DNA from: a virus
Lineage: Duplodnaviria; Caudoviricetes
Reading direction: 5' to 3' (one strand)
Length of the DNA: 64,000 nt
Virus record (IMG/VR): IMGVR_UViG_3300024181_000003
Location: 13,801 to 77,800 of that record
Shown: piece by piece, positions 9,445 through 19,392 of the stretch
How positions within the stretch are numbered: position 1 is the stretch's first letter
Layout: the number at the start of each line of letters is the position of its first letter
Notes under the pieces: generated by a model
What the model saw: only the letters and a program-made list of their open reading frames with translations
Told to the model about the DNA's origin: nothing
The model's database searches: none
Program-made: the position numbers and the translations under genes

Positions 9445-10037
9445 TGCAAAACTCTTACCGCGTCTCAGTCGCTACTGGAACATTGGCAGCTGCGCTGGCC
9501 GCAGGTGCTCAGGTGTTCCAGTTCAAGTGGACCGATGCGTCTAAATTGGCTGTTATAAACAGAATCAGAACCTATTTCCAGCCATTGACGCCGTTCACTG
9601 CGGCGACACTGACAGATCACACATCGTTTGATGCCTTTGTGGCACGAGCGTACGCAGGCGGTGGCGGCGGAACGGCACTAACCCTAACGGGCAACAACGC
9701 GAAGATGCGTACCAACATGAACACATCGTTGGCAGCGATCAACATCTCAACCACGGCGGCGTTGACCCCGGCAACCACTCTGGACTCTCAGCCGTTCTGC
9801 CAGAGCATTCGCAAAGGTAACCGCGTCAATCCCGCATCGGCAACGGAAGAAACCATTCAGCCGGTCGGGGCCGATATCGATTTTTACGCGGACGGTTTCT
9901 TGGATACGCCTCTCGTGCTGGCTCAAAACGAGGGTTTTGTAATCCGTAATCGTACGGTCTGGCCAGCAGCGGGTACCGGTGTGTTGATCGTGGAAGTTCA
10001 CTGGTCGGAAGTATCGGAATACCCGATAGCATCGTAA
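9444..10037 (+). CDS. Hypothetical virion protein
   Basis: TGATG-coupled 197-aa ORF. Confidence 0.6.
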   Translation: MQNSYRVSVATGTLAAALAAGAQVFQFKWTDASKLAVINRIRTYFQPLTPFTAATLTDHTSFDAFVARAYAGGGGGTALTLTGNNAKMRTNMNTSLAAINISTTAALTPATTLDSQPFCQSIRKGNRVNPASATEETIQPVGADIDFYADGFLDTPLVLAQNEGFVIRNRTVWPAAGTGVLIVEVHWSEVSEYPIAS

Positions 10038-10046
10038 AGAGGAACC

Positions 10047-11360
10047 ATGGCAAACAGCATTTCAGGACAAGCGCTAGCAGGCGCAACGATTACGCTGTCC
10101 GGCGCGGCGTCAGCCACGACGACTGCGAATCCGCTAGGTCAGTACAGCTTTTCAGGTCTGGCCGCAGGCGCGTACGTCGTAACCCCGACAAAGACTGGGA
10201 TTAAGTTCACTCCAACCTCGTCTAACCAGACGATTGTTGCTACCGACATTATCGGCGTAAACTTTCTCGGCCAATCAGTCGGCTCACAAGGCTCGACCTA
10301 CACCATTCAAAACATCATCGATCGCGTACAGAGCTTCGGCGACATCGAACCCGTTCTGAATGTCGGTGGCTTCTCTTTGGAGCCTGCGCTGACAATTGCA
10401 AACGACGTCATGAACGCAATCTGCGCCACTCCGTTCCCGCACAAGTGGAACTCGGTCGGACTGCCTCTGTTCTACACATGGTCTTGGCAGCAAGACTACG
10501 CTCTGGTCAACCCGGACGGCTCTTCGGTCTACAACATCGAATGGCTCGAAGATGGCACGGCTATCAACATCAGCAGCACGTCGATTCCGAAGCCATGGTG
10601 CCGCGTTGAGTGCGGACGCAGCCTGCCGATGCGTACAGGCACGTACTCGATGAACTCAGGCACGATGCTTGGCGACCCTGCGTACTTGGCATCAAGCTTG
10701 CCGAACGATCAGTTGTACTACGGCGTGTGGGGCGATGCTAACAACGGCAACTCTACACTCGGAAATAACCCAGTCGCAGGTTCGGTCTACACCAATCCTT
10801 TGACTGCTGTGAACCAACCAGCTAACCCGATCAACCAGATCGTAGATGCAAACGGAAATCTTCTTGTGCTGACCGGATACGGCACCGAGGGCTCGACGGC
10901 ACCGTTGGCTTCGGTCGGCGCACTGCCCGGCACGACAGTATCAGGCACGGGCGCAAGCACCGTCTGGACCGTCGTAGACCCGATCGGCCTAGGCATTCGC
11001 ATTCTCAACGTTCCGTCGCAGACCGGCGTGACGTGGCAGTTCAATCTGTTCGGCCAGATGCCACCAGTTCGTTTCACGTCGCTCGATCAGTCCTTGGCAC
11101 CGTTGCCGGACAAGTACGAACCGTTCTTCCGTGCAGGCTTTATCGCACAGTGCTATCGCTACTCACCTGAGGCAAAGATTCGTGCTAAGTTCAAAGAAGA
11201 GTGGCCGCTGTGGCTCAAGTCTTTGACCGACATGAGAGTCGCACAAGACCGTGAACTAGAAGAGTACTCATTCATTCCAGACCGTGGTGTCATGGGGTCT
11301 GGTCGCCGTCGCAGCACCTTCCAAGGCGCAGCGTGGCCTTACAATTACCCAAGACCATAA
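10047..11360 (+). CDS. Putative head-tail adaptor with N-terminal prealbumin-like (carboxypeptidase-regulatory-like) domain
   Basis: N-terminal ALAGATITLSG...GQYSFSGLAAGAYVVTPTK; the rest is paralogous to 11370..12302. Confidence 0.55.
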   Translation: MANSISGQALAGATITLSGAASATTTANPLGQYSFSGLAAGAYVVTPTKTGIKFTPTSSNQTIVATDIIGVNFLGQSVGSQGSTYTIQNIIDRVQSFGDIEPVLNVGGFSLEPALTIANDVMNAICATPFPHKWNSVGLPLFYTWSWQQDYALVNPDGSSVYNIEWLEDGTAINISSTSIPKPWCRVECGRSLPMRTGTYSMNSGTMLGDPAYLASSLPNDQLYYGVWGDANNGNSTLGNNPVAGSVYTNPLTAVNQPANPINQIVDANGNLLVLTGYGTEGSTAPLASVGALPGTTVSGTGASTVWTVVDPIGLGIRILNVPSQTGVTWQFNLFGQMPPVRFTSLDQSLAPLPDKYEPFFRAGFIAQCYRYSPEAKIRAKFKEEWPLWLKSLTDMRVAQDRELEEYSFIPDRGVMGSGRRRSTFQGAAWPYNYPRP

Positions 11361-11369
11361 CGGAGCACC

Positions 11370-12302
11370 ATGTCATACACGCTACAACAGTCGATCAACT
11401 GGGCACAGACGTTCATTCAGTATTCTCCTATTACTGCGGGTCTTGGCCAAGAGCCTGCGGTGTCCGTGGCATCCATGATCAGAAGCACAATGCTTGGACC
11501 TCCGCAGACGTGGGACTTCAACCGCGCCGAATACACGTTTCAGACCGTCAAGGGCCAGCAGGACTACACGGTTCTGTTCACGGCTATCCCCGATTTCGGC
11601 TATCTTGAAAAGGCGACCCTGACGGACTCGACCGGCAAGGTATGGGAAATCAAAGACGTTTACAACAGCGACCCGTTGGGTGTGGCATCCGATCAACAGA
11701 GACCAGACGCGATTGGATTCCAGAAGACATCGAGCACTGCGTATACGGTTCGTTTTGTTGGAGCGCCGAACGCGGTATACACCGCGACCCTGATCTATCA
11801 AAAGAAGCCTCAGGCGTTCGGGCCGTTCTTTATTAGCGCCTGCGGAACCGCCGCAGCTGGCAACACGACCTACACCGGTGTATTCGACCCGCTGTCGTTC
11901 CCGGCTGGCGCTACAGCCCAGATCACCGGCTTCGTGACGCATACCGGTAACAACGGCTCGTTCGTTGTTGTTTCATGCACCGCGACATCGTTGGTGCTTG
12001 TCAACGGCGCGGGTGTGGCAGAAACCATATCGGCGTACGCAAACAACTTCGACTGGGCACCAATCCCAGACTGGTTCATCGACATCTACAACAATCTGTT
12101 CTTGAGCGAAATGCTGACTGTTGTCGATGATGCAAAATCGCAGATGTACCGCCAGCGCGGCGTGGCCGCATTCCTGACCAAGTCTCAGGGCTTGACGGAT
12201 ACTCAGAAGAACGCATTCATTCAGCAGTGGCTGGCCCGTGATACCGAACGAATGGTAGGGGCTATGACAACGCAGATTAGCACGCAGGCCAAGGCTATAT
12301 AA
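11370..12302 (+). CDS. Putative head-tail adaptor paralog with an inserted beta module
   Basis: YTLQQSINWAQTF...EPAVSVA...WDFN aligns with YTIQNIIDRVQSF...EPALTIA...HKWN of the previous gene. Confidence 0.55.
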   Translation: MSYTLQQSINWAQTFIQYSPITAGLGQEPAVSVASMIRSTMLGPPQTWDFNRAEYTFQTVKGQQDYTVLFTAIPDFGYLEKATLTDSTGKVWEIKDVYNSDPLGVASDQQRPDAIGFQKTSSTAYTVRFVGAPNAVYTATLIYQKKPQAFGPFFISACGTAAAGNTTYTGVFDPLSFPAGATAQITGFVTHTGNNGSFVVVSCTATSLVLVNGAGVAETISAYANNFDWAPIPDWFIDIYNNLFLSEMLTVVDDAKSQMYRQRGVAAFLTKSQGLTDTQKNAFIQQWLARDTERMVGAMTTQISTQAKAI

Positions 12303-12305
12303 AAC

Positions 12306-15300
12306 ATGGCATCATTGATAGAACAGAACGGTGGTGGTCCACAGAAGCAGCCGAAGTACACGCCGATCTTCATGGACCGTAGCTTTACGGGAGTCTTCAC
12401 ACAGCGCTCGCCTCTGCACGACCCGTCCGACATCTACACCTCGAAGTACTACGGTGGTCGTCCAGACGCGTTGTGGACAGGTTCGAACGTTGAGTTGACG
12501 AACCGCCTGACTCTGCAGCGTCGTCCCGGCCTCGTTGCGTTCGCGGTCAGCCCGTATCGTTACCCGACCCAGCCGTTGTATTCTTACTCGTTCCAGCTAT
12601 CAAACGGCACGATCAGACTGATCGTTGACACACAGAGCACAGGGCCGTCGGTATCTGAAACCTTGACTTCGGTTACTGCGTCAGTCAACGGCGCGGCAGT
12701 TTACACCGGTACGATCACCGGCGGCGCAAGTAACGGTCTGCGCGGTAGCAGCTTCACGGTATCGGGCTTCGTAAACAGCGCCAACAACGGCGTCTTCGCC
12801 TGCACCGCATCCACAGCCACAACCCTGACCCTCGCCAACACATCTGCGGTATCCGAGACCCACGCAGGCGTGGCCGCAACGATCGTTCTGACATCGGTTG
12901 CAAACGCCAGCGGCGGCACAACAGTTTACACAGGCACGATCACCAACGGCGGCAGCAATGCGTTTGTCGGCATGAAGTTTTTGATTGCCGGTTTCACGAG
13001 CAACGCCAACAACGGTACCTTTGTCGTCACCGCATCGAGCACAACAACGTTGACTTTGGCGAACGCAAACGGCGTATCCGAAACAGCGAACGCCACAGCG
13101 GTGTCTGGTGGCGCGGTCTACTGGGATAAGCAAGACGGTACAGTACAACTTCTATTCGCTAAATCAGCCACCGCAGGCCAAACGCACTTCATCGGGTCTG
13201 GCGGCATTCTATATGCAGGCGACGGTGTTGATACGTTCAAGTACACTCCGCTCAACACCAACGGCACGATCTGGAACTGGGGCATTGTCGCACCAACGAC
13301 TCAGCCGTCAGTCTCGCTGACTCCGTCCGGCTCTGCGGCGACCCGCTGGCAGGCGAACACGAATTTCACGACGATGGGTCTGACAAAGGACACGAACAGC
13401 CCTTCTTTGATCTGGCAGCTTATCAGCGTCAACGCGGACGGCACGAACACCGCCACGTCGCAGTTTGGAACTGCGGGAACCGGTGAGCCGAACTGGGGCG
13501 CTGCTGCGACCGAGGGCACGACACTTGTTGACAGCGGCGTAACGTGGCTCAACATGGGCCCGGTTAGCGCAATCACAACGCTCACGTTTTATACAGACCT
13601 TGGCATCGGCGGCGGATATGCTGCGGAAAACTTCTCTCGACCGGGACAAGGCACAGCAGTCAACGCCGTGTACGGAAACTTCAAGAACTCTGGCGGATTG
13701 GGCGAAACCGCATCGACTCTTCCTGCGTTCAGCGGCGTGTATCCGGGCGGTAGCGGCTACTCTAACGGCAACACCATCTGGCGTGCGATCGGCAGCTACA
13801 ACACACCGACCCAAATGGCCGCGATGCGCTGGAAGCCAACGCATTCGTACTCGACTTGGTCTCCTACGGGCGCTAACGCATCTATCGCGGGAACACCGAA
13901 CTTCGTTCTGACTGGCAACCTGCCTGCGGCATCCGGCACAACTGTTAACCTGTTCATCCCGAAGGTCGGTGGCACATCAGGTTCCGGCTACAACCCATTC
14001 CCATCTACGGGAACGTTCGGCACGACCGTTGATGACGGTCAACTAACGTGGCTCTGCTTGGGCCCTTCTTTGTGGCAGGCAAACTTCGCGTACACACCTT
14101 GGGTTGTACAGGGCACCCCGTTCGGCTGCATCTACGATGGCGCAAACTTCCAAGTCTGCGTAACAGGTAGCGGCGGCGCAACCAGCGGCTCTCACATTCC
14201 GGGCACCGTAATTACGACAGCCACCAGCATCACAGTCACCAACACCAGCACCACCACGACGTTCACGAGAAACTCGGGAAGCTGGTCGTACACCCCGGTT
14301 GCCGGAGAACAGATATTTACTTCTGGTTTTGCGAACGCGGCGAACAACGGCACGTTCAAAGTCGTTTCCGCAACATCCAACACCATCATAGTCAGCACCA
14401 ACACTGGCGCACCGGAAACATCGGCGGTTGGCGTAATTACGTTGAACCCATGGGCAACCACGTACGGCGGCACCACAGTTGATGGCGGTCTTGTGTGGAC
14501 CTGTGTCGGCCAGAACGTACCTTGGGTTGCAGGCTCTGGCACCACAGGCATCTGGCATCTTCCGACGGTCGGCTTCCAGCCACCGGGTCCGAGCGAGCCG
14601 TTCGGCGGCTCCGAGGTCGCAGAAAGCGGATTCGTGCAAGCGGTAACCAACTCCGGCACGTCTGCGGCAAGCGCACCGTCATGGCCGGTTGTAATCGGTG
14701 GCACGGTAACAGAAGCCGGTACGGCTCCGAAGCCAACTTGGCAGACTGCGTCTGCGGTCTCGACTCAGTCTCTTGCGTGGTCGTTCGGTTTGGCATACGC
14801 GTACAGCTTCAAGGCTCGTGCGCTAGACGACTTCTATTCACCGCTTCCGCTTGGCGGCGGCTTCACACCTCCGAACGCGCCGAATCTCGGCATACCGTTC
14901 GGCTCTGAAACGAACGCGATTTCATCTGCGTCCCCGGTCAACCAGATCGTTGGCGCGAACACAGGCTCGGTCAACACGATTCAAGGCGATTATTCGTCAG
15001 ACCCACAGGTTGATACGATCGTAATCTGGCGGTCTGCTGACGCCGCATCCGGCTCAGGCGCTATGTTCGAGTTGACAGAAATCCCGAACGTTCCGGCGCT
15101 GGCAGGCGTGGTCAAGTGGAAGTTTACCGACTTCCTGCCGAGCGTAGCGACCAGCACGTTCCCGGGTTTGAATACTCTTCTACCTGCGCCGATCAACGGC
15201 GTCAACGACCCACCGTTCTCAACCTTCTTGCCGATGGCTTACAACTTCCAGCGCATCTGGGGCGCAGACGGTCAGTTCGTTCCGTTCTCAGCAGGCCCGG

Positions 15301-16301
15301 ACATCGGCGTCGGCAACCCCGACGAAGCGTTCGCGGTTTCTGACTCGCTTCCGTTCCTTGCGCCGGTCACTCGTCTCGTCAAGACTCCACAAGGTCTCGT
15401 AACGTTTCTGACCGACAGCATCGAAGTGATCGCTGGCGGCCCGACAACGTCGTCGTTCTTCTCAGTAACGTGGGCACCGAACATCGGATTGCTGTCGTAT
15501 AACGCACTCGATGTGTTTGCGGGAGAAATTTACTTCTTCTCAAGCGACAACCAGTTCCGCGTCATGACCCCGTCTTTGAACATCCAGAACGCAGGCTTCC
15601 CGTTGGGCGATCAGTTCGCCAACCAGCCGACGTCTGGCGTATCGGACACGACATGGGACCCGGCACAGGTCTACGTGGCATCGCACCAGAACGGCACCGA
15701 CAACTGCATCGTGGTTGCGGACGGCAACACCGGATGGTACCGTCTGAACCCGCGCCAAGCAGGCGCTATGCCGAATCCTGAGCCTGTGTGGTCTCCGTTT
15801 GCATCTATCACGAACGGATGCCAGATGGTTCAGTCGGTCGAAACTGCACCGGGCATCAAGAAGCTTTTGGTCGGTTCACAAATCCAGAACCAGCCGCTGT
15901 TGTACCGCGACCAGACCGTTTACACAGACAACGGTACGCAGTACGGCGCAAGCTTCGAAATGGGCAACATCACGTTGGCTCACCCGGGCCAGTTGGCTCT
16001 ACTCAAGTTTGTCGAGTTCGATTTCTCATCCACGAACTTTAGACCGACGATCAGCTATCTGTTGAACGAAGTAAGCGGAACGTTTACGCCGTTCACCAAG
16101 GCTCCACAGTTTGACCCGCCGTCACTGTACGGAGCAACGATCACACCGACCTCATACAGCCCGAACCGCTATTACTTCTCGGGCAACGCCAGCTTGGCGA
16201 GATGCCGCCACCTTCGTCTCAAGGTGGACTTTGGCACGACTTCAACCGGAGACGAGTTGCTGACAGCGACCATTTTCGGTCGTCTGATGATTGAGACTTA
16301 A
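12306..16301 (+). CDS. Large tail nozzle/stabilisation-like protein with inserted repeats
   Basis: 1331 aa, located after the adaptors and before the ejection genes as in podoviruses; contains two repeat families. Confidence 0.55.
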   Translation: MASLIEQNGGGPQKQPKYTPIFMDRSFTGVFTQRSPLHDPSDIYTSKYYGGRPDALWTGSNVELTNRLTLQRRPGLVAFAVSPYRYPTQPLYSYSFQLSNGTIRLIVDTQSTGPSVSETLTSVTASVNGAAVYTGTITGGASNGLRGSSFTVSGFVNSANNGVFACTASTATTLTLANTSAVSETHAGVAATIVLTSVANASGGTTVYTGTITNGGSNAFVGMKFLIAGFTSNANNGTFVVTASSTTTLTLANANGVSETANATAVSGGAVYWDKQDGTVQLLFAKSATAGQTHFIGSGGILYAGDGVDTFKYTPLNTNGTIWNWGIVAPTTQPSVSLTPSGSAATRWQANTNFTTMGLTKDTNSPSLIWQLISVNADGTNTATSQFGTAGTGEPNWGAAATEGTTLVDSGVTWLNMGPVSAITTLTFYTDLGIGGGYAAENFSRPGQGTAVNAVYGNFKNSGGLGETASTLPAFSGVYPGGSGYSNGNTIWRAIGSYNTPTQMAAMRWKPTHSYSTWSPTGANASIAGTPNFVLTGNLPAASGTTVNLFIPKVGGTSGSGYNPFPSTGTFGTTVDDGQLTWLCLGPSLWQANFAYTPWVVQGTPFGCIYDGANFQVCVTGSGGATSGSHIPGTVITTATSITVTNTSTTTTFTRNSGSWSYTPVAGEQIFTSGFANAANNGTFKVVSATSNTIIVSTNTGAPETSAVGVITLNPWATTYGGTTVDGGLVWTCVGQNVPWVAGSGTTGIWHLPTVGFQPPGPSEPFGGSEVAESGFVQAVTNSGTSAASAPSWPVVIGGTVTEAGTAPKPTWQTASAVSTQSLAWSFGLAYAYSFKARALDDFYSPLPLGGGFTPPNAPNLGIPFGSETNAISSASPVNQIVGANTGSVNTIQGDYSSDPQVDTIVIWRSADAASGSGAMFELTEIPNVPALAGVVKWKFTDFLPSVATSTFPGLNTLLPAPINGVNDPPFSTFLPMAYNFQRIWGADGQFVPFSAGPDIGVGNPDEAFAVSDSLPFLAPVTRLVKTPQGLVTFLTDSIEVIAGGPTTSSFFSVTWAPNIGLLSYNALDVFAGEIYFFSSDNQFRVMTPSLNIQNAGFPLGDQFANQPTSGVSDTTWDPAQVYVASHQNGTDNCIVVADGNTGWYRLNPRQAGAMPNPEPVWSPFASITNGCQMVQSVETAPGIKKLLVGSQIQNQPLLYRDQTVYTDNGTQYGASFEMGNITLAHPGQLALLKFVEFDFSSTNFRPTISYLLNEVSGTFTPFTKAPQFDPPSLYGATITPTSYSPNRYYFSGNASLARCRHLRLKVDFGTTSTGDELLTATIFGRLMIET

Positions 16302-18043
16302 TGGCTACTGACCCGATCAATGCAGAAGCGGGTCTTGGTGAAAACTGGCTGCCGGTAGATCAGAAACCGATCATACCCGGAGCCAGACCCGAGACGCTAG
16401 CAAACCCAGAGAACAGATTCCTGCAGGGAAGCATTCCGCAATCGTTTCAGCTGGGTCCGCACTTCGTTGAAACGGAGGCTATGACTGCGAGCGCACCTCG
16501 GTTCTCTTTGATGCCTCTGGGCGTTCAAGGAAACCCGGTCTCGAACGCAGGCGTAACGAGCACAGCCACAAAGATCGTTCAAAACACCCCGTCAACTCCG
16601 TCAACACCAACCGCGTCTACGATCGAGTTGACGATTCCGGGCATATTCACCCCGACAGATCAGACGGTTACACTGCCGGGACCTTTGGTATTCTCTTTGG
16701 CAACCGAGCCAGCCGGAACGTTCTTTTCTGTTCCTTCCGGCGGATTGGCTGCTGTGGAGAACGTTACCTCTGGTGGCTTGGGCGAAGGCGCAGGCGTCAG
16801 CGGAACGTTGAGTTTGTCGGCTTCTCCAACCACGGCAACGTCTTGGGGAATTTATCTGGCTTCGTACAACGGAACTCTGACGACACCATCAGGTTTTACT
16901 GCGTTTTCCGGTGCGACCTCGCACAACGCAGGATTTTTCAACAGCTTTACAGGGACGTCAGCTGTCGCAATCTCGCAAGCAGTTGCAGCGAACTCAACAG
17001 CTAACGGCATATTTGCGATTTTTAACGGCGCTGCTCCGGGCATCGTTCAACAAGCTTCTGCCGCGTTCGTAGGTGTTACGCCCCTTAACAAGGCTTTCAC
17101 CTCTAACAACACGGCAGGAAACACCATTATCGTGATGGTTTCCGCAATCAACAACACCAACGGCCCGTTCTCTTTGAGCATATCAGACACGGCTGGCAAC
17201 ACATACACCACTATCGGATACGTTCAAACTGGTGGTGTGTGGCAACCGTCCGTGCTACTCGCAATTGCTACAAACATCGCGGCTGGTGCAAACACAGTTC
17301 ATGCGGCTATCACAGGAACAGCGGCTGGTGGAAACTCGGGTGTCTTGACGATCGTTGAATACCCACCTCTGACGGCAGCACCGGCTATTCCGATATTCAA
17401 ACCCATCTTTTCTAGCGACGTGCCACCGGTTAATCTTGGCTCATTCGGTAACGGTGGTGTGTCGGGAATTTTGAAGGTAGGAAACGGCGGCACGGGCTCT
17501 GACTTGGGTGCAACAGGTGGGGCGAGTTTGTTTCTGTCGCAGCTGGGCGCAGGTGCAGCTATTACACCTACTCAGCCGGACTTCTCCGACCTCGCCGGTA
17601 TTCTGAAAGCAACCAAGTATAACAACGTTGCTCTCGTATCGAACGGCATTCCGTCAGAAATAGCAACAGTAGATCGAACAGCACAAACAGCATCGATCGC
17701 AGCAACCAATCTGATTGCCTCGGTTCCGTCAACAGGCCAATACAGACTGTCTTGGAATGCGAAAGTGACCACCGTCGCGGGGACGAGTTCAACTATCGGA
17801 CCTCTGGTGATCACATACACCGATGCAGACAACACTCTTCAAACAATCACGATGGTCGCACAAAACAGCGCCGGGACGATGGAGACCTCAGATTCGGGAA
17901 ACACAACCACTACGGTTATGTTGGGCATGCCGGTGATGTTGAATTGTCGTTCGGCTACAGCTATTCAGTATGCGTTCACCTATGCGTCGAACGCAGCAGC
18001 AACAATGCAGTATAATTTGCACATCAAGCTTGAAGCTTTATAA
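16301..18043 (+). CDS. Putative tail fibre or spike protein
   Basis: 580 aa, S/T/G/A-rich, TAATG-coupled. Confidence 0.55.
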   Translation: MATDPINAEAGLGENWLPVDQKPIIPGARPETLANPENRFLQGSIPQSFQLGPHFVETEAMTASAPRFSLMPLGVQGNPVSNAGVTSTATKIVQNTPSTPSTPTASTIELTIPGIFTPTDQTVTLPGPLVFSLATEPAGTFFSVPSGGLAAVENVTSGGLGEGAGVSGTLSLSASPTTATSWGIYLASYNGTLTTPSGFTAFSGATSHNAGFFNSFTGTSAVAISQAVAANSTANGIFAIFNGAAPGIVQQASAAFVGVTPLNKAFTSNNTAGNTIIVMVSAINNTNGPFSLSISDTAGNTYTTIGYVQTGGVWQPSVLLAIATNIAAGANTVHAAITGTAAGGNSGVLTIVEYPPLTAAPAIPIFKPIFSSDVPPVNLGSFGNGGVSGILKVGNGGTGSDLGATGGASLFLSQLGAGAAITPTQPDFSDLAGILKATKYNNVALVSNGIPSEIATVDRTAQTASIAATNLIASVPSTGQYRLSWNAKVTTVAGTSSTIGPLVITYTDADNTLQTITMVAQNSAGTMETSDSGNTTTTVMLGMPVMLNCRSATAIQYAFTYASNAAATMQYNLHIKLEAL

Positions 18044-18055
18044 GAGGAGAAAACG

Positions 18056-18892
18056 ATGGACATCAAGGTATCTGGAATACAAGGGGTCCCCATCACCGAG
18101 ACCACTCCTACGGATGGTCAGGTTCTTACATATATAGGCGCAAACTCAGACTGGGAACCAAAAACTTCTGTTAATGCGCCGGGTTTTAACGATGTTACCA
18201 AAACTGGATTCAGAGAAGACTTTCTAAACTTCTTAGCTAATACTAATGTTACTTCCGAGATTGCGGTCGGGTGCGACACGGGATGGTTGGCTAATAGAAT
18301 TGTCGGAACTGGCGGCTCAAACTCTTCTGTTAATTTCGGTAGTTCCACTTTTGCAAACCCCGGAACTATTTCTGTAGGATGGGGAAACCCTATTTCTTCT
18401 GGCGACGGCACGGTTTTGTATAAAGCATCGGGCGACGGTACAACTTTTGGTATTTTAGGTGCAAACAGTCCGTGGGAAGCCGATTTTATTTTTGCTGTTA
18501 ATGGGAATACCGATGTTTGTATTCGTGTCGGTTTCTGTGACCAAGGCGATCAAACAGCAGACCCATCAGCCGACGGTTTTTGGGTACGCTATGACACATC
18601 AGCAGGAGATACAAAATTTACTTGGGAGACTAGACACAGCTCAGTAAGTACGGTTAGCGTAACCAATTCTATAAACGTTGACGCTAATTTTCATCATTTC
18701 AAAATTCGTAGCGTTGTGTCTGGAACCGTAGGTTTTAGTGTTGATGGCGGAACCGAATACACAACAACGTCTCACGTTCCACCGAGCCAAGACATGATTA
18801 TGTTCTTACAAGATGTATCCAGAGGTACGCAGGGATTTCAAAGTCTGTTAGTTGATTTTGTTAGTTACTTTGCCACCCCCGGAAGGGCGTAA
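18056..18892 (+). CDS. Putative receptor-binding fibre with lectin-like C-terminus
   Basis: PTDGQVLTY...WEP fibre motif at the N-terminus; visibly lower GC. Confidence 0.55.
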   Translation: MDIKVSGIQGVPITETTPTDGQVLTYIGANSDWEPKTSVNAPGFNDVTKTGFREDFLNFLANTNVTSEIAVGCDTGWLANRIVGTGGSNSSVNFGSSTFANPGTISVGWGNPISSGDGTVLYKASGDGTTFGILGANSPWEADFIFAVNGNTDVCIRVGFCDQGDQTADPSADGFWVRYDTSAGDTKFTWETRHSSVSTVSVTNSINVDANFHHFKIRSVVSGTVGFSVDGGTEYTTTSHVPPSQDMIMFLQDVSRGTQGFQSLLVDFVSYFATPGRA

Positions 18893-18939
18893 CAACACGT
18901 CCTCGTGTACAACCCTCACATCAAATTGGAGTCGATGTA

Positions 18940-19392
18940 ATGATTAGAATAGACGAAGTCAACGACACAGACCGTGATACTCTTGAGTCATGGTCTGTAC
19001 TCGACATTGACCCAGATCATCACGATCTTCGGGCCGACTACTGGTACACCGGGGCGTATGGCACCTATCTATGCTTCAAAATGGCAGACGACAAGGGTCC
19101 GATTGTCTATGTTCGCATGGATAAGGGTGACGCAGACATGTGTCGCTTCCATGCTCAGTTCGCGCCAGCTGGTGTGGTCAGCAAAGAGCGTTTGATTCAG
19201 GCCATGATGTTGGCCTTCGAGATCATGAAGCCACAGCTGAAAGAAGACGGCTTCAACGGCATGATCACAATGACGAAATTCCCACTCCTAGCGGCGTGGC
19301 TGATGAAGTATCAAAAGTTTGTTCGTTTTGAACAGACGGACAACTACAAGTTGGTTTTCGCAACCGAGGTTGCGGGGAGCAAAGGCGCATGA
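18940..19392 (+). CDS. GNAT-like protein (position typical of podovirus acetyltransferase)
   Basis: 150 aa alpha/beta; sits immediately before the ejection genes. Confidence 0.4.
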   Translation: MIRIDEVNDTDRDTLESWSVLDIDPDHHDLRADYWYTGAYGTYLCFKMADDKGPIVYVRMDKGDADMCRFHAQFAPAGVVSKERLIQAMMLAFEIMKPQLKEDGFNGMITMTKFPLLAAWLMKYQKFVRFEQTDNYKLVFATEVAGSKGA

